From Leptolyngbyaceae cyanobacterium (GTDB lineage Bacteria > Cyanobacteriota > Cyanobacteriia > Cyanobacteriales > Aerosakkonemataceae): a stretch of DNA of 62,815 nucleotides. Shown in pieces: positions 9,764-18,670 of the stretch. Made by a program: the position numbers and the translations under genes. The DNA is taken from positions 1 through 62,815 of the forward strand of contig DATNQN010000123.1 of the NCBI GenBank assembly GCA_036703985.1, in the 5' to 3' direction. The notes below the pieces were generated by a model. It had not been told where the DNA came from and did not search any database. It saw only the letters and a program-made list of their open reading frames with translations. Position 1 is the first letter of the stretch; every line of letters begins with the position of its first letter.

Positions 9764-10648
9764 CTATTGCCGTCTTAGATATTTCAATTGTCGCATTATT
9801 CTAGACCTTTGAGAAGCCATTTCCGGTCGGGTGAAAATTCCTTGGGTAGGACTAAACAGGAGAGCGAGGATAAACACTGCCGAAACAACTAAGACAATTG
9901 CCGCTCCCGATGGCACATTTAGATAATAACTAATATACATTCCAGCTACGCTACTAAAAACTCCAATTACTGCTCCCAATCCCATCATTTGATGTAATTC
10001 CTTCACTAATAGATAAGCAGTAATAGCTGGCCCGATGAGCAGGGAAACAACTAACACTACTCCTACTGCTTGCATACTAGCAATAATCGTGAGAGTAATG
10101 GCGGAAACTAACCCAATATTAATCAAATTTACGGGTAATCCGATCGCTTGTGCGCCCAAAGGATTAAATGTATAAAACAGCAATTCTTTATAGAAAAGTT
10201 TGACGAAAATCAGGACAAATAAAGTAATGACGAAAGTTCTCACTAAATCCGCACTGGTGACACCTAAAATATCGCCAAACAGAAAACTGTGTAAATCCAG
10301 TTTGCTTTTTAGCAGCGTAATCAGCATGATGCCCAATGCTAAAGAACCAGAAAAAACTAATGCCATTGCCGCATCGATTTTCACGCGAGATTGGGATTGA
10401 ATCCAGGCAATAACCAGAGTACTCAAGGTTCCTGAAATAAACGAACCAAGGAAAATATCAATACCTAAATAATATGCGATCGCTAATCCGGGCAAAACTG
10501 CATGGGCAATCACATCTCCCAATAATCCCATGCGTTGTACGATTAAATAACTACCGACAACTGCACAAAGAATACCCATCAAAATTGCGGTAGCGACGGC
10601 ATGGCGCATAAACTCAAATGAAAGCGGTTCAATTAGCCAATTCAACAT
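9764..10648 (-). CDS. znuB: metal (Zn/Mn) ABC transporter permease
   Basis: 294 aa, ~8 TM helices, ABC-3 permease family pattern. Co-operonic with ATPase. Zur box in the upstream divergent promoter. Confidence 0.7.
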   Translation of the reverse strand: MLNWLIEPLSFEFMRHAVATAILMGILCAVVGSYLIVQRMGLLGDVIAHAVLPGLAIAYYLGIDIFLGSFISGTLSTLVIAWIQSQSRVKIDAAMALVFSGSLALGIMLITLLKSKLDLHSFLFGDILGVTSADLVRTFVITLFVLIFVKLFYKELLFYTFNPLGAQAIGLPVNLINIGLVSAITLTIIASMQAVGVVLVVSLLIGPAITAYLLVKELHQMMGLGAVIGVFSSVAGMYISYYLNVPSGAAIVLVVSAVFILALLFSPTQGIFTRPEMASQRSRIMRQLKYLRRQ

Positions 10649-10656
10649 GATTTTGT

Positions 10657-11376
10657 TTATCTTTGCAATAAAATTACGCTGTCTCCGTAAGCTCGTTGGA
10701 TGTTCTCTGCGGTAATCACTTCCGATTTTGAACCATCCGCAATCAGAGATTTGTTAATTAACAAAAATCTGTCATATTTGCGAGAAGCTTCTCCCAATTC
10801 GTGACCGACTACTAGTACGATTTTTCCTTCATCTTTGAGTTCGTCAAATACTTCAAAAATAATCGCTTCTGTCTTTTTATCTACTCCCACAAATGGTTCA
10901 TCAAAAAAGAATAATTCTGCTTCTTGCGCCAATGCTTGTGCTAAAAATACTCGCTGCTGTTGTCCGCCAGATAATTCACCGATTTGTCTCCCTCTCAATT
11001 CCCACATTCCCACTCTTTCTAATGCCATTTTGACGATTTCTTTTGATTGGCGGGAGGGCGAACGAAACCATCCGGTATAGCGGGTACGCGCCATCATCAC
11101 CACATTCTGCACGGTGATGGGGTAGTCCCAGTCAATTTGCGATCGCTGCGGTACGTAAGCTACCTGCGCTAGTTGAGACTTCAGGGAACGCTGGCGATAT
11201 TTTACAACTCCTTGACTGGTGGGAATTAGCCCTAAAATTGCCTTCACCATCGTGCTTTTGCCAGCACCGTTTGGCCCGATTACCCCTACAATTTGTCCCG
11301 CCTCCAATCGGAAGCTGACATCCTCAACCGCAGAAATGCCTCGGTAGTTGACAGCGAGATTTAGAACCTCTAACAT
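10657..11376 (-). CDS. znuC: metal (Zn/Mn) ABC transporter ATP-binding protein
   Basis: Walker A GPNGAGKST. ABC signature LSGGQQQRV. Walker B FFFDEP. 8-bp gap to the permease gene. Confidence 0.75.
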   Translation of the reverse strand: MLEVLNLAVNYRGISAVEDVSFRLEAGQIVGVIGPNGAGKSTMVKAILGLIPTSQGVVKYRQRSLKSQLAQVAYVPQRSQIDWDYPITVQNVVMMARTRYTGWFRSPSRQSKEIVKMALERVGMWELRGRQIGELSGGQQQRVFLAQALAQEAELFFFDEPFVGVDKKTEAIIFEVFDELKDEGKIVLVVGHELGEASRKYDRFLLINKSLIADGSKSEVITAENIQRAYGDSVILLQR

Positions 11377-11394
11377 GATAGGTCTTTATTAGAA

Positions 11395-11409
11395 TGATAA
11401 TCATTATCA
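11395..11409. promoter_or_regulatory. Zur box (7-1-7 palindrome TGATAATCATTATCA) in the znuC/znuA divergent promoter
   Basis: Perfect inverted repeat read directly at 11395-11409. It lies 19 bp upstream of the znuC start and 20-47 bp upstream of znuA. It matches the cyanobacterial Zur/Fur-family operator architecture. Confidence 0.6.
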
Positions 11410-11428
11410 CATAAAAGGAGAGTCGATC

Positions 11429-12436
11429 GTGTTGCCAAACTGGAATTTCAAACCGATGGCGAGTTTTGCTATGTTAATTGGATTAATTGGTTGCAATCCT
11501 GGGCCATCTTCAACAACGGTTACTAATTCGATCGCACCCACGATATCCGATCGCCCGCAAGTTGTCGCGACTACCAGTGTTATTTGTGACTTAACAAAAC
11601 AAGTAGCTGGGGAGACAATCGACCTCAAATGTTTGCTAGGTGCAGGGGAAGATCCCCATATTTATCAACCTAAACCAGAAGACCGCAAAGCGATCGATCG
11701 CGCCCGATTAATTTTATATGCTGGTTATGATTTTGACACCAGCTTAATTCGATTAGTCAAAGCCACCAGCAATTCTGCGCCGAAAATTGCCGTACACGAA
11801 GCAGCAGTTCCCAACCCAATTATGGGGGAAGCGCACGAACATGGGGAGGCAGGACATCAACACAAATCAGATGAAACTGCGCCAGACCCCCATGTATGGC
11901 ATGATGCTAAAAATGGAATTGGCATGGTAAATACGATTTCTGATGCTTTAGAAAAGTTAGCACCAAACCACGCTTCATTATATGAGAAAAATAGCCAACA
12001 AATTATTAATGAATTAACTCAAATAGATACTTGGATTAAATCGCAAATTGCCACAATTCCACCCGCACGACGTAAGTTAGTAACTACTCACGATGCCTTG
12101 GGTTATTATGTGAAAGCTTACGGTCTTACTTATGAAGGTGCTTTGCAAGGATTTAGTAGCGAAGAAGCACCCACCGCTGCACGAGTAGGGGAATTGGTAA
12201 AAGATATCAAAAAAGCCAATGTTCCCACTATTTTTGCGGAAACTACTACTAATCCCAGGCTGATTGCTAATGTAGCGAAAGAAGCAAATGTGAAAGTTTC
12301 ACCGCGAGAATTATATGCCGATAGCTTAGGAGAAGCAGGGACAGAAGCGGAGACTTATCAAGAAATGCTGAAAGCTAACACTCGCACGATTGTAGAAGGT
12401 TTGGGTGGTAAATATACACCGTTTCAATTGAAATAA
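11429..12436 (+). CDS. znuA: metal ABC transporter substrate-binding lipoprotein with His-rich loop (ZnuA-type)
   Basis: Lipoprotein signal (LIGLIGCNPG). Cluster-9 SBP fold pattern. His/acidic loop HEHGEAGHQHKSDETAPDPH typical of Zn-specific ZnuA. GTG start at 11429 or ATG at 11456. Confidence 0.75.
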   Translation: MLPNWNFKPMASFAMLIGLIGCNPGPSSTTVTNSIAPTISDRPQVVATTSVICDLTKQVAGETIDLKCLLGAGEDPHIYQPKPEDRKAIDRARLILYAGYDFDTSLIRLVKATSNSAPKIAVHEAAVPNPIMGEAHEHGEAGHQHKSDETAPDPHVWHDAKNGIGMVNTISDALEKLAPNHASLYEKNSQQIINELTQIDTWIKSQIATIPPARRKLVTTHDALGYYVKAYGLTYEGALQGFSSEEAPTAARVGELVKDIKKANVPTIFAETTTNPRLIANVAKEANVKVSPRELYADSLGEAGTEAETYQEMLKANTRTIVEGLGGKYTPFQLK

Positions 12437-12468
12437 ATTTTCTGACAATGGCAGAAAGTGGATTATAA

Positions 12469-12483
12469 TGATAATGGTTATCA
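12469..12483. promoter_or_regulatory. second Zur-type box (TGATAATGGTTATCA, 7-1-7 with one mismatch) upstream of the sufE-like/COG0523 genes
   Basis: Read directly. It lies 11 bp upstream of the likely true start (ATG 12494) of the SufE-like gene. The annotated longer ORF start at 12458 would run through the box. Confidence 0.5.
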
Positions 12484-12493
12484 TTTTTGTGTT

Positions 12494-12949
12494 ATGTCTG
12501 CGATCGCATCCCCCCTCCCATCCTCTCTAGAACGCATCCTGCAAAGGTTTCGTCGCCTTTCCGAACCAAAACAGCGTTACGAACAACTACTTTGGTATGC
12601 CAAACGCCTGCCAGAATTTCCTGCTACCGAGAAAACACCAGAAAACCAAGTACCGGGTTGCGTTTCTCAGGTTTATATTACTGCCAAACTGGAAGAAGAA
12701 AAAATCTACTTTCAGGGAGATTCTGATTCGCAATTAGTTAAAGGATTGGTAGCGATTTTAGTAGAAGGATTAAGCGGACTAACTCCAGCGGAACTTTTAT
12801 CAATTTCACCAGACTTTATGGAAGACACTGGTTTGAATGTTAACTTAACTCCTTCTCGCATTAATGGATTTTACAACATCTTTCAAACTATCAAGAAAAA
12901 AGCATTATTAAAAGAGAATTCAGGAGTCAGTAGTCAGAATTCAGCATAA
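12494..12949 (+). CDS. SufE-like sulfur-acceptor protein
   Basis: Conserved GCVSQVYI motif with the active-site Cys. SufE length ~150 aa. Start trimmed to the internal Met at 12494 because of the overlapping Zur box. Confidence 0.6.
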   Translation: MSAIASPLPSSLERILQRFRRLSEPKQRYEQLLWYAKRLPEFPATEKTPENQVPGCVSQVYITAKLEEEKIYFQGDSDSQLVKGLVAILVEGLSGLTPAELLSISPDFMEDTGLNVNLTPSRINGFYNIFQTIKKKALLKENSGVSSQNSA

Positions 12950-13033
12950 AGTGATGATTCCTAAATCCTAACTGCTGACTTCTAAATTCTGACTTTTGAA
13001 TTCTGAATTCTGACTCCTTCTTTAACAAACACC

Positions 13034-14041
13034 ATGACTAACTTCGCAGTACAAACCAAAAACTTGATTCCCGATATCCCAAAGCGGGGAATTCCCGTTA
13101 CCATTATCACGGGTTTTTTGGGAAGTGGCAAAACTACTTTGCTCAATCAAATTCTCAAAAATAAAGAGAATTTGAAAGTAGCTGTTTTGGTCAACGAGTT
13201 TGGAGATATCAACATTGACAGTCAGTTGTTAGTTTCCTTGGATGAGGATATGGTAGAACTAAGCAACGGCTGCATTTGCTGCACTATTAATGATGGATTA
13301 GTTGAAGCAGTTTATCGAGTTTTGGAACGGGAAGATAAAATAGATTACATGGTGATTGAAACCACAGGAGTAGCTGACCCGTTACCGATTATTTTAACTT
13401 TTGTGGGGACAGATTTACGGGATTTAACTCGCCTTGATTCGATTATTACTGTAGTGGATTCGGAGACATTTACGCCGGATCATTTTGACAGCGAAGCAGC
13501 TTTTAACCAGATTACTTATGGTGATATTGTTCTGATGAATAAAACAGATTTAGTGCCAGAAGAACAAGTTACCTATTTAGAAAAATATATCCGCACTGTC
13601 AAAACTGGGGCTAGGATACTGCGTTCTCAATACGGTCAAGTTCCTTTGCCCCTAATTTTAGATGTGGAACTTGCTAAGTTAGAATCTTATCCCACAAATC
13701 AAGAATCAACTCACCATCATCATCATCATCACGATCATCATCATTCTCATCATTTAGAAAATGATGGTTTTATGTCAATGTCATTTCAAAGCGATCGCCC
13801 TTTTAAATTAGAGAAATTTCAAAAGTATTTTTTGGATGAATTACCAGAAAATTTGTTTCGCGCTAAAGGCATTCTGTGGTTTAAGGAAAGCGTGTCGCGC
13901 TACATTTTTCAACTGAGTGGTAAGCGCTTTGATATGCAGGCTGATGAGTGGGTGAAGTCTCCCAGCAATCAGTTAGTATTAATAGGACGGAATCTGCCAG
14001 AGGATTTTTTGAGGGAATCTCTGAATAAATGTGTTGATTAA
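13034..14041 (+). CDS. COG0523 (CobW/ZigA-type) zinc metallochaperone GTPase with poly-His tract
   Basis: P-loop GFLGSGKTT. CICCT metal-binding motif. 16-residue His-rich run (STHHHHHHHDHHHSHH) between the GTPase and C-terminal domains. Located in the Zur-box island. Confidence 0.8.
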   Translation: MTNFAVQTKNLIPDIPKRGIPVTIITGFLGSGKTTLLNQILKNKENLKVAVLVNEFGDINIDSQLLVSLDEDMVELSNGCICCTINDGLVEAVYRVLEREDKIDYMVIETTGVADPLPIILTFVGTDLRDLTRLDSIITVVDSETFTPDHFDSEAAFNQITYGDIVLMNKTDLVPEEQVTYLEKYIRTVKTGARILRSQYGQVPLPLILDVELAKLESYPTNQESTHHHHHHHDHHHSHHLENDGFMSMSFQSDRPFKLEKFQKYFLDELPENLFRAKGILWFKESVSRYIFQLSGKRFDMQADEWVKSPSNQLVLIGRNLPEDFLRESLNKCVD

Positions 14042-14079
14042 GTTTAGATCCGAAAGGTGTTGCGTGAGGGGTTTTTAAC

Positions 14080-14117
14080 CACAGATGTCCACAGATGAAC
14101 ACAGATGAACACAGATG
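14080..14117. repeat. STRR octamer/decamer tandem repeat (CACAGATG A/T A)x4
   Basis: Direct reading. Reverse-complement version of the CATCTGTG repeats seen at 8.9, 37.4 and 41.4 kb. Confidence 0.7.
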
Positions 14118-14145
14118 TATATCTAGATCTTGTACTTGTGTTGAA

Positions 14146-14263
14146 AGTCAGCCTGGGGTTCAAACCCCAGGCTAAGAGCGAAAGTCCACTTAAGTGGACT
14201 GAAACTCTTATTTAGTCCACTTAAGTGGACTTTTGCTATGAGACGGGGAATTGATTCCCCGTC
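14146..14263. repeat. cluster of four stem-loops within 120 bp (GCCTGGGGTT/AACCCCAGGC; AGTCCACTTAAGTGGACT twice; GACGGGGAATTGATTCCCCGTC)
   Basis: All four perfect palindromes read directly. The 18-bp AGTCCACTTAAGTGGACT palindrome is duplicated 13 bp apart. Confidence 0.55.
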
Positions 14264-14326
14264 GGGTGAAAGCAACTGGTGCAAGATATCGGTATTATAT
14301 TTAGATTTTTTGTGAGGTGAGAGATT

Positions 14327-15244
14327 ATGACAACTACGATGAATTCTCCGATCGCAAATTCTACCCCCATCCCCAGTCGCATTGGCGGGAAAGTTGAGAA
14401 ATATAGTTGGAAATGGGAAAATCAGTCATTAAATATAGTTTATGAAACTTTAGGCGAGGGTACGCCTGTTTTACTTTTACCTGCTTTCAGTACCGTTTCT
14501 ACTCGCGGTGAAATGAGGGGATTGGCTGAAGGACTGGCATCTCAATTTCATGTGGTAGCTTTAGATTGGCCTGGTTTTGGCGAATCCGATCGCTTACCTC
14601 TGGATTACCGACCGGAATTATATCATCAATTTTTGTCAGATTTTGTTAAATCAGTTTTTAATACGTCAATAATTGCTGTAGCGGCTGGTCACGCGGCGGG
14701 TTATGCAATGCAGCTTGCTGTTTCCCAACCTGATGTTTTTTCTAAGATTGTTTTGGTAGCTCCCACTTGGCGTGGGCCATTACCGACGATGGGGGCAAAA
14801 AAAGCGATCGCAGATACGGTGAGAGAAACTGTGCGATCGCCTTTGCTGGGACAAGCGCTTTACAAAATGAACACCGTCCCATCTTTCCTCAAGTTCATGT
14901 ATCGCCAGCACGTCTACGCAGATCCCGCAAATTTGAGTGATGATTTTATCCAAGCAAAATATCAGATTACTCAACAACCAGGAGCTAGATTTGCGCCGGC
15001 AGCTTTTGTTACAGGAACTCTCGATCCCGTTCGCACCAGAGAAGATTTTCTGGCCATGTTTCAATCTTTACCCGCTCCCTTAATGGTAATTATTGGCGAA
15101 CAAGCACCGCGTTACTCAAAGGCGGAAATGGAAGCTTTAGCGCAAGTACCGGGAGTGCAGTCAGTAACGCTGACCGGTTCTTTGGGATTGCATGAAGAAT
15201 ATGCGGCGGCTGTAATAGAAGCCATTCAGCCATTTTTGGCATAA
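14327..15244 (+). CDS. alpha/beta-fold hydrolase
   Basis: 305 aa. Typical alpha/beta-hydrolase layout: HVVALDWPGFGESD and the nucleophile-elbow region AAGHAAGYAM. Confidence 0.6.
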   Translation: MTTTMNSPIANSTPIPSRIGGKVEKYSWKWENQSLNIVYETLGEGTPVLLLPAFSTVSTRGEMRGLAEGLASQFHVVALDWPGFGESDRLPLDYRPELYHQFLSDFVKSVFNTSIIAVAAGHAAGYAMQLAVSQPDVFSKIVLVAPTWRGPLPTMGAKKAIADTVRETVRSPLLGQALYKMNTVPSFLKFMYRQHVYADPANLSDDFIQAKYQITQQPGARFAPAAFVTGTLDPVRTREDFLAMFQSLPAPLMVIIGEQAPRYSKAEMEALAQVPGVQSVTLTGSLGLHEEYAAAVIEAIQPFLA

Positions 15245-15267
15245 AAAAATGGCGTGAAGTACAGGCT

Positions 15268-15301
15268 AGAAACCCGGTTTCTTGAAGAAACCGGGTTTTT
15301 G
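15268..15301. terminator. bidirectional intrinsic terminator between convergent genes, member of a conserved palindrome family (GAAACCCGGTTTCTTGAAGAAACCGGGTTTTT)
   Basis: 12-bp perfect stem, 6-nt loop, T-run on the plus strand. Near-identical copies at 36154 and 58716. Confidence 0.6.
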
Positions 15302-15391
15302 TTCTTGGCAGACGATCGTTTTATATGACAATGATTATCATTCATAAAAATTGTCGTGCCTAACGCACCATCCCGCCCACATTTTATCCCA

Positions 15392-16786
15392 TTAACTCGC
15401 CAGCACAGTTTCACGTTTTTTCAAAATAACTTTAATGCCATGTTCGGGACGAAGCGTAATAGAAGCTTGGGGTACTATGGGATGTTCCGGTAAAATACTC
15501 AATTCAAACTTTTGGATAATTGTTGCTAGTAATAAAACCGCTTCCATCATCGCAAAACCTTTGCCGATGCAAATGCGTGGCCCATCTCCGAAGGGAAAAT
15601 AAACGCCTCTGGGAAGCTGTTTTTCTAAATCTTCATTCCACCGTTCTGGTTTAAATTTTTCTGGTTGATCAAAGTAGCGAGGACTGCGGTGCATTACCCA
15701 CTGGCTAATCATGATATAGCATCCCGAAGGTACTTGATAAGGCCCAATTTGACAATCTTGAGCGGCTTGACGAGCAAAAATTGATACTGGTGGGTAAAGC
15801 CGCATCACTTCTTTGATTACCATGTTGGCATAGGGCAACTTTGAGATATCTTTAATAGTGGGAGAACGATCGTTTAAAACAGATTTGATTTCGGCAATCA
15901 ATTTATTTTGTACTTCTGGATGTTGAGATAAAAGCATCCACGTCCAAGATAAAGCATTAGCGGTAGTTTCATGTCCTGCCAACATCAAGGTTACCACTTC
16001 ATCCCGCAATTGTTTATCGTTCATTTGACTGCCATCTTCTTCATCCTTGGCTTGCATTAACATCGATAACAAATCACCGGGATTTTCTCCGCTATCGCGC
16101 CGTTGATTGATAATTTCGTAAATGGTTTTATCCATGTCTTGGATGGCATTTCTGTAGCGAATATTTTCCGGTCTGGGAAACCATTCCAGCACGAAAAATC
16201 CTTGTTTGCGCTTACTTTCAAACCAGTTCATCGCGACATCAAGGGCATGGGCTACTTTGTCGGCGTCTCCTTCTGTAATATCTTGATTAAACAAGCATTT
16301 CATCACTATATTTAAAGTGAGACGCATCATATCTTCGTGAATATCGCGCGTTTCTCCATCCTGCCAGGTAGCGAGCATTTGTTCGGTGTAGTCAACCATG
16401 ATTTGCCCGTACCCATCGATTCGCTTTTGGTGAAATACTGGTTGAATGAGGCGTCGCTGACGAAACCAAGATTCTCCTTCACTGCTGAGAAGTCCTTCAC
16501 CTATTAAGCTGCCTAGCGCCCGCAAACCTTTCGATTTAATAAATAAATTCCGGTCTTTTAGCACTTGTTCGATATACTCTGGGTGGTTCAACAAACAAGT
16601 GGGAGTCAGCCCCAGGCGTAACGGTACGATATCGCCATATTCACTAGCCCATTTAGTCAGAAAGCTTAACGGATCTTGTCCTAGTTCGCCTAAATTTCCG
16701 ATAATGGTATTTCCTTCTGGCCCTGATAATTCAAATAAATCTCGTGTCATTTTTGCTCCTAAAAAGCTTTGATTTCTGAGAGCCAA
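15392..16786 (-). CDS. cytochrome P450
   Basis: Heme-binding loop FPFGDGPRICIGKGFA. EXXR motif (EVMRLYPP). I-helix AGHETT. 464 aa. Confidence 0.85.
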   Translation of the reverse strand: MALRNQSFLGAKMTRDLFELSGPEGNTIIGNLGELGQDPLSFLTKWASEYGDIVPLRLGLTPTCLLNHPEYIEQVLKDRNLFIKSKGLRALGSLIGEGLLSSEGESWFRQRRLIQPVFHQKRIDGYGQIMVDYTEQMLATWQDGETRDIHEDMMRLTLNIVMKCLFNQDITEGDADKVAHALDVAMNWFESKRKQGFFVLEWFPRPENIRYRNAIQDMDKTIYEIINQRRDSGENPGDLLSMLMQAKDEEDGSQMNDKQLRDEVVTLMLAGHETTANALSWTWMLLSQHPEVQNKLIAEIKSVLNDRSPTIKDISKLPYANMVIKEVMRLYPPVSIFARQAAQDCQIGPYQVPSGCYIMISQWVMHRSPRYFDQPEKFKPERWNEDLEKQLPRGVYFPFGDGPRICIGKGFAMMEAVLLLATIIQKFELSILPEHPIVPQASITLRPEHGIKVILKKRETVLAS

Positions 16787-16875
16787 TCAAACCAAAATTC
16801 AAGAATCAGAATGAATATTGAATTCTCCTTTATTATCGATCAAATTATGCAAAATGGACTTTCGAGCGAATCATC

Positions 16876-18147
16876 CTAAGGTAAGATACCAATTCTTGTA
16901 TAAATTGGTATGACAAACTTTCTTAAGCTGGGTAACTTTTGATAAAAAATGAATGAGCCTAAAATACAAAATGCTCCGCCAATCACTAATGTATAAGGCG
17001 CACCGATTTTTTCTGCCAATACACCAGCAAATAAGTTGCCAAAGGGTAAGGTTCCCATAAATGCCATCGTGTAGAGACTCATGATTCTTCCCCGTTTATC
17101 ATCATCTACGATGGTTTGCAAAAGGGTGTTGCTGGAGGCAATTTGCAGGATAGATGCAAATCCGATCGCATACATCATCAATAAGGAAAGCCACAGGCTA
17201 CGAGACAAGGCAAAACCCATGAGGGCAATCCCTAAAACGGCAGGAGATAAAGCAATTATTTTACCTAACCCCAATATGGTTTGTCTGGAACTAAGATAAA
17301 TCCCGCTGGTTAATGCACCAATCCCGGAAGCTGACATCAAAAAACCGAGAGTATCGGAACTGCCTTGCAAAATTTGCGTGGCAAAAATCGGGACGAGGAT
17401 GACATAAGTCATTCCCGTTAAGCTGACTAATGCTAATAACATTAAGATGGCTCGAATGGGAGGAAACCCAAGTCCATAAACGAATCCTTCTTGTAATCTT
17501 TGCCAGTGATTAGCGGTTTTAGTAGCTATTTCTTCTCTCGGCTTTATTTTCATCATTAATAATGATATAATTACGGCAATGTAGCTAAGCCCATCAATTA
17601 AAAAACACGCGCCAGCACCAACCGCAGCGATTAACAAACCTGCAATGGCTGGGCCGATTAATCTGGCACTATTAAAGAGGGAAGAATTGAGGGCGATCGC
17701 ATTTCCCAAGTTTTCCTTTTTTTCTACCATTTCGATAACGAAAGTTTGCCGTCCCGGTATATCAAAAGCATTCACTAATCCTTGGAAAACGCTTAACAAT
17801 AGGATCTGCTCGATATTAATTACGCCTGTTAATGCTAAAACTGCTAGCACTAAAGACTGAATCATCGAAAGAACTTGGGTGATGATTAACAGGCGATGGC
17901 GATTGCAACGATCGACGATGATTCCGGCTAAAGGAGTGACGAGCAAGCTGGGAATTTGGCTGGCAAATTCAACTGTTCCTAACAGTAGAGGAGATTTAGT
18001 TAACTGATAAACTACCCAAATGGTAGCAATTCTGGTAATCCAGCTACCAATCAGGGAAATGCCTTGACCGATGAAAAAAAGGCGATAATTTTTTGAATCG
18101 AATGCCCTGATTATTTGCGCTAACCTATTATTTTGTTTTGTCATCAA
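16876..18147 (-). CDS. MFS transporter
   Basis: 423 aa, ~12 TM helices. MFS signature-like loop (GIIVDRCNRHRLL). Confidence 0.7.
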   Translation of the reverse strand: MMTKQNNRLAQIIRAFDSKNYRLFFIGQGISLIGSWITRIATIWVVYQLTKSPLLLGTVEFASQIPSLLVTPLAGIIVDRCNRHRLLIITQVLSMIQSLVLAVLALTGVINIEQILLLSVFQGLVNAFDIPGRQTFVIEMVEKKENLGNAIALNSSLFNSARLIGPAIAGLLIAAVGAGACFLIDGLSYIAVIISLLMMKIKPREEIATKTANHWQRLQEGFVYGLGFPPIRAILMLLALVSLTGMTYVILVPIFATQILQGSSDTLGFLMSASGIGALTSGIYLSSRQTILGLGKIIALSPAVLGIALMGFALSRSLWLSLLMMYAIGFASILQIASSNTLLQTIVDDDKRGRIMSLYTMAFMGTLPFGNLFAGVLAEKIGAPYTLVIGGAFCILGSFIFYQKLPSLRKFVIPIYTRIGILP

Positions 18148-18383
18148 TTCATCTTGCCATTATGATGTTCGCTTTCTCTTGTATATCTTTTAACTATGAA
18201 TGAATCATCATTCTGATGGGCGAATTTCAATTCTTCAACTTTGGTAATCGCAGATTTTATGTCAGAATAAGGGCCAGCCCATAAATACTCTCTGCATACG
18301 CGATCTTGTCCGGCTAAACAGCCGCATACCTGATAATAAACTCCGTACATTTCTTGATTTTTAGCCATTACTCTTTTCAACAT
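18144..18383 (-). CDS. small Cys-containing hypothetical protein, start-overlapped with the MFS gene
   Basis: 79-aa ORF whose stop overlaps the MFS start by 4 nt (translational coupling geometry). CGC...C arrangement. No family recognised. Confidence 0.3.
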   Translation of the reverse strand: MLKRVMAKNQEMYGVYYQVCGCLAGQDRVCREYLWAGPYSDIKSAITKVEELKFAHQNDDSFIVKRYTRESEHHNGKMN

Positions 18384-18670
18384 GGTTTAGCTCCTAATTA
18401 TCGCGATCGGACAGGAATTCAACCATAATTAAAGCTGACGTTGCCAAGGAAATCAGCTAGATATATGTCATTGACAAGCAATAATTTTCGAGCGGGCAAA
18501 TCTCGATTTTTCTAATCGATCGCCTTTACTCATCCTAATTTTTGGGAGTTTTTAGTTTGCGCTGTATTTAAATACGTAATCTAGTATTTAGGATGGGTAA
18601 AATTTTGGCAAAAATTGATTAGGTCAGCCTTCTTTATGCGTGGGTTAGTTTATTTTCTGGGTTAGGGAAA

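Noticed and set aside
12458-12493. Longer N-terminus (MDYNDNGYHFCV) of the SufE-like ORF
   Set aside because: This extension is translated from the Zur-box palindrome itself. An internal ATG at 12494 gives a conventional SufE N-terminus with the operator upstream.
15320-15345. AATGATTATCATT palindrome resembling a Zur/Fur box
   Set aside because: It lies between two convergent gene ends (hydrolase and P450) and not in a promoter. It is probably a chance AT-rich palindrome or part of the terminator region.
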